64,000 bases of DNA from Macrostomum hystrix (taxonomy: Eukaryota > Animalia > Platyhelminthes), in the NCBI GenBank assembly GCA_950097015.1, contig CATNEN010000024.1, forward strand, positions 1,612,001-1,676,000. The letters run 5' to 3'. The notes beneath the pieces were generated by a model. That model ran no database searches, was not told the DNA's origin, and saw nothing but the letters and a program-made list of their open reading frames with translations. A program made the translations under genes and the position numbers. This document shows, piece by piece, positions 55,327 through 64,000 of this stretch (the first letter of the stretch is position 1; each line of letters opens with the position of its first letter).

Positions 55327-57240
55327 TCACTTAGCCCCCAGGTGAACTCCGTTCTCCCTAGCTACAGGTTGAATGGTGTACAGCTGGGCTGGCTGCTGGT
55401 GCGTGTGCACAACACGGCGCCTGGCCCCCCCGACTGGCACCAGCCTGACCAGCTGCATCGGCTGCTGCTGCTGCTGATACGCCACCTGCTGCAGCTGAGG
55501 ACTTGCCGGAGCCCCAACGAAGCCGCGCTGCCCAGTCGGGCTGTTTGTCACGTAGGAGACGCGAGGCCGCTCGACTGCGCCGTCCACCGAGTCGCGGTAA
55601 ATCACGGTTGACGTCCTGTAGGCCTGCTCGGCGCTGCCCGTTGGCGAGGTTCGTACGTAGATTGCCTGGCTGTCGGTTGGACTGTCAGAGCGGCCGCTGC
55701 TGAAGCTCGTGACCACGTAGCGGCTGCCTCCAGCGCGTTGGGCGTTAAGGCTGCTAGTTTTGGAGCTGGTGCTGGCCGTCACCTGATTGTTTATTTTGGG
55801 TGGTCGTTTGACAATCGCTTTTTCATCAACAAACTCCACAGAAATAGCCACACCAGACCCAGCGCTTACCTGCAGGCTCTGCGGTCGAGGGAAGCGCAAA
55901 TTTTCGGCGCTCTCATTTAGCTGAGTTGGTGGACCGTCGGGCGTGTCAAAGACGGCGTGTGTGCCCTCGATGTCTAAGTCGTCATAGTTAAGGATGACGG
56001 TGTCGATGGGGGTGACGGAAGTCCGCTTGCTGCCGGAGTCGCTGACTGCGTGCCCGTTCGCCCGCTGTAGCAACACGGTCTCCATGCGCTTCTGTCGCTC
56101 CGCCGACTCAGCTGCGACATTCACGACCGGCTGAGCTTCCGAGACGCGAATCTCTTCGCCGAAAACGATGCTGGTGCGGAAGTGATTATCATCGTCGTCT
56201 TCTTCAAGGATGGTTGCCGCGGTGGTTGATGGCGGCTGCGGTGGCGCATGAACTACGGCGGTCACTTCGGCGCTGGCCGGCGGCTGGGTGATTTCAGCGA
56301 CGAACGGACGCTTCTCAAATAGGACGTTGCTGGCTCCACCGCTGCTGCTACTGGACACCACGACGGATACGTCCTCAACACGAGTCATGTTCGTTGTGGT
56401 TATACTTGTTGCCTCATTTGAACTCACCACAGTCGGTTCCGACAATGTTGTTGCCACCGCCTCTGAAATTGTCACCGTCGGCACCGTCACCGTCACTTTC
56501 GGCTCCTCCTTAGGCGCAGTTGTAACAACGACAGCCGGCAGCGTCTGCTGCGAGGGCTTCGGCTGCTGCTGTACGGCCGACACCTCCGAGCGGCTCAGAG
56601 AGCTGGCCGGCTGGCTCGGCGTGGCAGTGCCGCGGCCGCCAGTCATGACGGCGCGCTGCCTATCGATGATGTCGCAAACCACCTCCAGAGCGCTGACGTC
56701 CTTGAACTGCACGACTGTCACAAGGCTGTTCTGGTCAGTTTTGCTGCACAGCGCCAGCAGGGTTGGAGTCTCCCGCAGTGAGATGAAGGCTGTAATGCTG
56801 TCGTAGCTGATAAACTCCGCTGACAGCGCGGCCAGGACGCCTTTGTCGCCGATGCGCAGGCCATTGCTGTACAACTTCATCACCGTCTGCACGCTAGTCT
56901 TTGCGTCTACCGCTTTGTGAATGAGCTGCTCCGCCTTGTCAACATTGAATACCTCCTGGGATCGCAGATTGAACCGGCCCCAGACCTTCACTCGGGTGCG
57001 AAGGATCTTCTTGCGCTTAGCTTGGCTCGCTGAGCTGGCCTGAGACTGGGACATCGCTTTGGCTTGCTTTCCTTCAGCTGGTCCAGCTGGGCAGTTGTCT
57101 GTCTGAGCTCCGCCGCTGCCTCGAGACCCTCTTATGTGTTTCGCTTTCTCTATCTGAGCAGCCCTGCCTTTTAAACCAACCTCACCTGGCGGCGTGCACT
57201 GCCCCGATGGGTGGGTCCACGGGCAATGACCGCCATTCAT
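55327..57240 (-). CDS. Uncharacterised protein, N-terminal PH/PTB-like region and long Ser/Thr/Val-rich low-complexity tail
   Basis: Coding-like ORF, firm from ATG 57054 (575 aa). Possible small first exon 57240-57186 joined across an in-frame 99-nt intron to 57086. The beta-rich then helical pattern (RTRVKVWGR..MKLYSNGLRI..VTVVQFKDVSALEVVCDII) suggests a PH/PTB fold; inference only. Confidence 0.65.
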   Translation of the reverse strand: MNGGHCPWTHPSGQCTPPGEVGLKGRAAQIEKAKHIRGSRGSGGAQTDNCPAGPAEGKQAKAMSQSQASSASQAKRKKILRTRVKVWGRFNLRSQEVFNVDKAEQLIHKAVDAKTSVQTVMKLYSNGLRIGDKGVLAALSAEFISYDSITAFISLRETPTLLALCSKTDQNSLVTVVQFKDVSALEVVCDIIDRQRAVMTGGRGTATPSQPASSLSRSEVSAVQQQPKPSQQTLPAVVVTTAPKEEPKVTVTVPTVTISEAVATTLSEPTVVSSNEATSITTTNMTRVEDVSVVVSSSSSGGASNVLFEKRPFVAEITQPPASAEVTAVVHAPPQPPSTTAATILEEDDDDNHFRTSIVFGEEIRVSEAQPVVNVAAESAERQKRMETVLLQRANGHAVSDSGSKRTSVTPIDTVILNYDDLDIEGTHAVFDTPDGPPTQLNESAENLRFPRPQSLQVSAGSGVAISVEFVDEKAIVKRPPKINNQVTASTSSKTSSLNAQRAGGSRYVVTSFSSGRSDSPTDSQAIYVRTSPTGSAEQAYRTSTVIYRDSVDGAVERPRVSYVTNSPTGQRGFVGAPASPQLQQVAYQQQQQPMQLVRLVPVGGARRRVVHTHQQPAQLYTIQPVARENGVHLGAK

Positions 57241-57904
57241 GCTTTGCTGGTGCCCCCATTGTGCTGACAATCTATTCGCGTGGCTCCAAAATGGGCGTTG
57301 CTGCTTAGTTGGAAGACTAGAAAGCTTTCCACAGAGACAAATGCCCGAAAGAGCTGACAGACGAAGATCTGCTTCGGCGAAAGAGAGTTTGAGAGACTTG
57401 GCATGGGTGAGCGGAGAAAGAGAGAAAGAGCGGGGAGAGACACAACGAGATGGTTGGCTTTGCCCACGCAAATTCTTGAGGCAGATGCAGCCCATAATGT
57501 GCCAGTGCATGAATTGCATGAATTCGTGCCTGCGGGCGGGCGTTACCGAAGCGAAGGTCTTCATGGCTTTTATCGCGCATTCGTGTCTGTTCTGTTCTGT
57601 GTAACTTCTGTCCGACGAAGCATTTTTCATTTGGAGCACAGAAACAACAGTATTTGCTGGTCCACAGAGCACTGGCAATGAGCACTGGCACATTTTTCTC
57701 AGTGTTTCTTTTTGTTCCACGTCAGTTCGCTTATAAAAGATGCTAAGGCGTCTAATAGATGACGCGCATTTGCGTTTGAATCAGCGGGATTTGAAATCCA
57801 AGAACCCTCAGAAACAAGTTCAAAGCTTCCTGCTACAGTCAGAGTTTCACTGCACCCTATTTAATTTCTCCCTCTCACTCTGATCTTCTCTCAATCTATC
57901 TCAC

Positions 57905-58420
57905 ACTCCCACTTCATCTCTGACCTCACCCTCCATCTCTGACCTCACCCTCCATCTCTAAACTCACCCTCCATCTCTCACTCTCACCCTTCATCTCTGA
58001 CCTCACCCTCCATCTCTGACCTCACCCTCCATCTCTCACTCTCACCCTCCATCTCTCACTCTCACCCTCCATCTCTCACTCTCACCCTCCATCTCTCACT
58101 CTCACCCTCCATCTCTGACCTCACCCTCCATCTCTCACTCTCACCCTCCATCTCTCACTCTCACCCTCCATCTCTCACTCTCACCCTTCATCTCTGACCT
58201 CACCCTCCATCTCTCACTCCCACCCTCCATCTCTGACCTCACCCTCCATCTCTCATTCCCACCCTCCATCTCTGACCTCACCCTCCATCTCTCATTCCCA
58301 CCCTCCATCTCTGACCTCACCCTCCATCTCTCATTCCCACCCCATCTCTCACTCTCACCCTATCTCTCACTCTCACCCTTTATTTCTCACCCTCCATCTC
58401 ACCCTCAATCTCTGACCCTC
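57905..58420. repeat. 20-bp pyrimidine-rich minisatellite (CTCACCCTCCATCTCTCACT/GAC)
   Basis: Directly visible. Confidence 0.93.
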
Positions 58421-59020
58421 TGTCTGTTTATTGTCAGTTCATTACAATTCATTCATTCAAACAATTCATTACAGTTCATTCCTGACAATGTCAGAAATTG
58501 TCATTTCATATTTATATTTTATATTACTTGTTATATTTCATTTTATTAATATTTATTAATTTTTTTATTTATACAAGTTATATTATATTATTTTTATATT
58601 ATTTATATTTTTATCTCGTTTTTTAACTTTCATATTTATTCATTTTCTGCTGTGGAAGTTTAGATAAAGCAATTCGAAAAAACTCACAAGCTTTCAAAGA
58701 AAACTTTTTTTACAGAAAACACTTCTTTAGGTTGATAATACTCGTAGCATTTCTATGATATTTCCGTCCTTAATTTAATGAACTGCCTCGCTATGAACTT
58801 ATTGGAGCATCAAAAACACCATTTTTTCGATAGAGCCTTCAAACTGTGACACCTGCAGTTCTCAGTCGCTCGATACTGTACGCATTCTACTGCGTAGACT
58901 GGTGAGATTTTAAGACTGAATGAAGAATGAGTCGTAAATATGAGAGGCTTTTCGAAATTCTGCAGACCAACAGAGCTGACTATTGCTAACAAACTAATAA
59001 TAAATAACACTTATTATTAT

Positions 59021-59195
59021 CATTAATGCAGGAGGGCTGTAGGCAATGGCACATCATTTGGTGAATGTCGACCCGTAGCTTGCCAAGCTAAGGCAATTCT
59101 GCCCATTAAGCCGACATCTGAGCACAAACGCACACACTCAAACAGGTGTGCACATCTGCACTGACGTTCTCAGCGTCACAAATTGTACACTCTTA
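59021..59195 (-). mobile_element. 3' portion of SINE
   Basis: TGCAGGAGGGCTG..GGCACATCATTTGGTG..GGCAATTCTGCCCATT matches other copies. Confidence 0.8.
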
Positions 59196-59214
59196 ATGTA
59201 CATTGGAGTTGGGG

Positions 59215-59530
59215 TTGTGAAACACCTGAGAGTTAAGGTCTTGTAACACCTGAGAGTTGGTTGTGAAACACCGGAGAGTTGGTTGCGAAACACCTGAGAG
59301 TTAAGGTCTTGTAACACCTGAGAGTTGGTTGTGAAACACCTGAGAGTTAAGGTCTTGTAACACCTGAGAGTTGGTTGTGAAACACCGGAGAGTTGGTTGC
59401 GAAACACCTGAGAGTTAAGGTCTTGTAACACCTGAGAGTTGGTTGTGAAACACCGGAGAGTTTGGGTTTTGCAACACCTGAGAGTTAAGGTCTTGTAGCA
59501 CATGAGAGTTGGTTGTGAAGCACCTGAGGG
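59215..59530. repeat. Compound 22-24 bp minisatellite (ACACCTGAGAGTTGGTTGTGAA / ACACCTGAGAGTTAAGGTCTTGTA)
   Basis: Two alternating unit types. Confidence 0.9.
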
Positions 59531-60321
59531 TTCAAATATTTTTGTAGTAAAGGCATCAAAATGACGATAAGTGAGTTAGTTATAACAAAGTACAATTTAT
59601 ACTTGGATGCCTGGAAATGGGGTTGTGAAACACACCAATGCGGATTCATTTATAAGGAGAAGTAAGTCCTTGCACAATAGTTATTATTATTATTATTATT
59701 GACACTCTCAGACGCTAGCATAAATGAAAAAAATGTTTTGACACTCTGTGAAAAGTCACGATTTTTTAGGAAATAAAGTGATATTTCTAGGAAAAAACAC
59801 ATTGGAATGCAAGCTGAATACAGAGTATTTTTGGGATTTTTCGCCCAGGTGTCACAAAAAAATATCCCAGTCGGCTTGTGTGTATGTTCTTTGTTGTCGG
59901 TTTAAAAAAATCTGTCAGAAAACCAGAGCGGTTCCTATAGACAATACTTATTTTTTGAAAATGTGTCCAATGGGTAACAATGAAGAACATTGTTTGAATT
60001 TCTAAGAAATTTAGGGCAGAAAAAACTGCTTGAAAAAATTTCACTTGACAATGCAGGCTTGGGAGCGGGGTCATTGCCTGTTCAGAAACACATGCTAGGC
60101 CTATAGCTTCTCATCTGTGACCTTATCCAACGTTTGGGACTCACGTGCTTAGCTTCAACTAAGGCTGTTAAAAGTAAAAAGGGAAAAAAGAATATAACAG
60201 TTTAACGAAGAATAGTCCCGGTTAAGCACGGAATTTTAAATCTAGCTTTCGCATAAAAGCATATTTTTGTTGAGACGAAAAATTAATCCGCATCTTTTAA
60301 TCAAGGTAGGCAATCACTTAA

Positions 60322-60675
60322 GGGGGTGAGTGGCAGAGCGGTTAACGCGTTTGCCTCTCGCTCCAAGATCCCTGAGTTCGATTCCGCGGCGAGGCCACAC
60401 TCACATGTGGGCCAGCCACGGAGAGAAGGCTTGGGGGCTTGTCATGCAATTTATGCCCTTGAGGACCAACCTCCAAGGCACAGTGAGAGTGTACACTGCC
60501 TGACAATGAGAAAGTGATGGTAGATGTACACACCTGTGTGAGCGTGTGCCTGCGTACGGTATCTGTGTGCGTGTGTGCTCAGGAGTCAGCGAAATGGGCA
60601 GAATTGACTCCTTTGCTGGCTGCGGGTCTAGAGTCACCAAATTATGTGTCATTTGCCCGATAACCTCCTGCAAAT
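60322..60675 (+). mobile_element. Full-length tRNA-derived SINE
   Basis: Pol III A box TGGCAGAGCGG (60331-60341) and B box GAGTTCGATTCC (60374-60385); shared body ending CTCCTGCAA. Confidence 0.9.
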
Positions 60676-60704
60676 ACATATAGAATTGGCAATCACATTC
60701 GGTC

Positions 60705-60978
60705 TTGTGATGTCACACACGGTCATGTGATGTCACACAGGGTCATGTGATGTCACACACGGTCATGTGATGTCACACAGGGTCATGTGATGTCACACAG
60801 GGTCATGTGATGTCACACAGGGTCATGTGATGTCACACAGGGTCATGTGATGTCACACAGGGTCATGTGATGTCACACAGGGTCATGTGATGTCACACAG
60901 GGTCATGTGATGTCACACAGGGTCATGTGATGTCACACAGGGTCATGTGATGTCACACAGGGTCATGTGATGTCACAC
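60705..60978. repeat. 20-bp minisatellite (GTCATGTGATGTCACACAGG), ~13 copies
   Basis: Begins 10 nt after the predicted GPCR stop. Confidence 0.95.
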
Positions 60979-60987
60979 TGGTTTCTG

Positions 60988-63900
60988 TCAAGAGTCGGCC
61001 GAGTCAGAGCCGGCGTCAGCCTCAAAATGATCGAATCGGCGCAGCTCCAGCAGGCCTGTGTTGGCGCCGTCCGCAGTCAACGAAGCCGTCCCGGCTCCGT
61101 TTCCGTCGCGGCCTCCACTGCGGCCGCCACCACGACTGTCGCTGAGAGGCTGGGTTGCTGCTGTGTGGAATTGTTGAGTCAGGTGATTATCGATTTATAA
61201 TTTGGCATTTTAGTGAAAGTTCATCTACTTTGTATTTTCAGTTCACTTTGCTTGTATCTGTGTTCGCTTCATTGATATCGCTAAAATTTCCTTTGCCACC
61301 GTCAAAATGCCCGTTGAATAGAACACTCCCTTAGCTTCACACAATATTTTTGCCACCTTAACAATCTCCATGGCATCTCAAAATCTCCATGGCATCTCAA
61401 AATCTCCATGGCATCTCAAAATCTCCATGGCGTCCAAAATCTCACATGGTGTGCCAAAATCTCACATGGTATGCCAAAATCTCCCATGGCGTCCCACAAT
61501 CTTCCACGGTGTCCCACAATCTCCCACGGTGTCCCACAATCTTCCACGGTGTCCCACAATCTCCCACGGTGTCCCACAATCTCCCACGGTGTCCCACAAT
61601 CTTCCACGGTGTCCCACAATCTCCCACGGTGTCCCACAATCTCCCACGGTGTCCCACAATCTCCCACGGTGTTCCACAATCTCCCACGGTGTCCCACAAT
61701 CTCCCACGGTGTCCCACAATCTCCCACGGTGTTCCGCAATCTCCCACGGTGTTCCGCAATCTTCCACGGTGTCCCACAATCTCCCACGGTGTTCCGCATT
61801 TTCCACGGTGTCCCACAATCTCCCACGGTGTCCCACAATCTCCCACGGTGTTCCACAATCTCCCACGGTGTTCCACAATCTTCCACGGTATCCCAAAATC
61901 TCCCACGGTGTCCCACAATCTCCCACGGTGTTCCACAATCTCCCACGGTGTCCCACAATCTCCCACGGTGTCCCACAATCTCCCACGGTGTTCCGCAATC
62001 TCCCACGGTGTTCCGCAATCTTCCACGGTGTCCCACAATCTCCCACGGTGTTCCGCATTTTCCACGGTGTCCCACAATCTCCCACGGTGTTCCGCAATCT
62101 CCCACGGTGTCCCACAATCTCCCACGGTGTCCCACAATCTTCCACGGTGTCCCACAATCTCCCACGGTGTCCCACAATCTTCCACGGTGTCCCACAATCT
62201 CCCACGGTGTCCCACAATCTCCCACGGTGTCCCACAATCTCCCACGGTGTTCCACAATCTCCCACGGTGTCCCACAATCTCCCACGGTGTCCCACAATCT
62301 CCCACGGTGTTCCGCAATCTCCCACGGTGTTCCGCAATCTTCCACGGTGTCCCACAATCTCCCACGGTGTTCCGCATTTTCCACGGTGTCCCACAATCTC
62401 CCACGGTGTCCCACAATCTCCCACGGTGTTCCACAATCTCCCACGGTGTTCCACAATCTCCCACGGTGTCCCACAATCTTCCACGGTATCCCAAAATCTC
62501 CCACGGTGTCCCACAATCTCCCACGGTGTCCCACAATCTTCCACGGTATCCCTATCTGGCTTGATTCCCTAAATTCGCAATTAAATGTTTTTGTGCCTGA
62601 GCAAAACAACTTATACCAAAAATCGTGTTCGTAAGGCCCAGCCATCTACACTCACTGCGGCAGCGCAACAAGCACAGTAGGCTGAGGTAGGCGGACCTAA
62701 ACTGCCGATTGAAGAGGCCGTAGATGACGCAGTTAAGCGAAGAGTTCGAGTGGCACAGCAGCACCACAAACGCGTGCAGCTGCACCGGGAAGGCGTTGGC
62801 AACGTCGGCCACCACAATCGTAGCGTAGGGGATCCAGCAGATGGCGAATGTGACAAACACGATGAAGAAGGTGCGCAGCATCGTCAGCTCGCGGCGCAGC
62901 AGCCGCTGCCCAGTTGAAGCCGCGTTAACGATGCCAGTCGATGACGCCGCGCTCAGGCGCTGGCGAGATCTGCGCACGAACAGGTAGATGCGGGCGTAGC
63001 AGATGCCGATGACAGCCAGGGGGAGGTAGATGCCCAGCACGGCGAAGAACACGGTGTAGGAGAAGTCGGCCAGGCGATCGTAAGCGCAGACGAACTGCTT
63101 TTTGTCAAAGTTGAATGCACCCCAGCCTAGGAAATTCGGCGCCACTGCAGGTTCGGATGAGTTGGTGTGGGTTCAGGTTGAGCCTCTAAACAGCATTGTG
63201 TCTTTGAAAACCCGACTGTACTTTTGTCTTCAAATTCGAAGCTTAATTATGGGTAGATGTGAAGCTTAGGTATAATTACGAGCCAAGAACACGTGAAGTT
63301 TTTTTCGATTTGAAGCTTGTTGATGTAAAGCTTGAATTCTTGTAGATGTGAAGCTTGACTTCTTGTAGGTGTGAAGCTTGACTTCTTGTAGGTGTGAAGC
63401 TTGACTTCTTGTAGGTGTGAAGCTTGACTTCTTGTAGATGTGAAGCTTGACTTCTTGTAGGTGTGAAGCTTGACTTCTTGTAGGTGTGAAGCTTGACTTC
63501 TTGTAGGTGTGAAGCTTGACTTCTTGTAGATGTGAAGCTTGACTTCTTGTAGATGTGAAGCTTGACTTCTTGTAGGTGTGAAGCTTGACTTCTTGTAGAT
63601 GTGAAGCTTGACTTCTTGTAGATGTGAAGCTTGACTTCTTGTAGATGTGAAGCTTGACTTCTTGTAGGTGTGAAGCTTGACTTCTTGTAGATGTGAAGCT
63701 TGACTTCTTGTAGATGTGAAGCTTGACTTCTTGTAGATGTGAAGCTTGACTTCTTGTAGATGTGAAGCTTGACTTCTTGTAGATAAGGACTTAAGAGAAT
63801 CGTGAGTTGACGTAGATTTTGTTTGCAAAGAATAAAGTAAAGTTATATTTTTTGCTGACGTGATTAAGTATCGTAAATGCATATTAATAGAAGCTGTTGT

Positions 63901-64000
63901 TAATAATTTTCATCAGCCTTGCTAATACCGATGGTCTTCAGCATCACTCTCAGTCAGGTGGGCGTACCCGCAATTCCGCTGAACAGCCACAGCGCAAAGC
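60988..64000 (-). CDS. Class A GPCR, melatonin-receptor-like, 5'-partial (TM4 to C-terminus)
   Basis: Exons >64000-63968, 63144-62656, 61160-60988; phase-1 junctions consistent. FDKKQFVCAY (ECL2 Cys), FAICWIP, NSSLNCVIYGLFNRQFRSAY (NxxxY variant of NPxxY, as with NAxxY in melatonin receptors). Confidence 0.85.
61365..62552. repeat. 20-bp minisatellite (CCCACGGTGTCCCACAATCT), 1.2 kb, in GPCR intron
   Basis: Directly visible; source of six shadow ORFs. Confidence 0.96.
63305..63785. repeat. ~22-24 bp minisatellite (GTGAAGCTTGACTTCTTGTAGAT) in GPCR intron
   Basis: Directly visible. Confidence 0.95.

Noticed and set aside
60322-60400. tRNA gene
   Set aside because: A/B boxes are present but stems do not pair into a cloverleaf, and it is the head of a repeated SINE.
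61370-62645. Six 360-409 aa ORFs
   Set aside because: All frames of a 20-bp intronic minisatellite in the GPCR gene.

Overview
Eukaryotic (metazoan invertebrate) genomic DNA. It has spliceosomal GT-AG introns and is extremely rich in minisatellites. The style fits a free-living flatworm such as Macrostomum, but that is inference only. Seven protein-coding genes were rebuilt by hand from splice sites and frame continuity. In order: (-) an Amt ammonium transporter with an ~170-residue polyQ tail; (-) a p75NTR/NRADD-like death-domain membrane protein with no cysteine-rich ectodomain; (-) a divergent POU-homeodomain factor; (+) an ~2330-aa transmembrane mucin built as 2x[PTS-EGF-SEA-EGF-EGF]; (+) a Na-coupled SLC4 bicarbonate transporter; (-) an orphan with a PH/PTB-like region; (-) the 3' part of a melatonin-receptor-like GPCR. 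Mobile DNA comprises an intact IS630-Tc1-mariner element with unusual DD30E spacing, a non-autonomous hAT element with an 8-bp TSD, a TIR element carrying a nested SINE, a foldback-like palindromic element, and at least 8 copies of a tRNA-derived SINE. About 15 kb is non-coding tandem repeat in more than 20 unrelated arrays, many abutting splice sites. Most long ORFs in the supplied track are shadow frames of these repeats. No database searches were run; family calls rest on recalled motifs.
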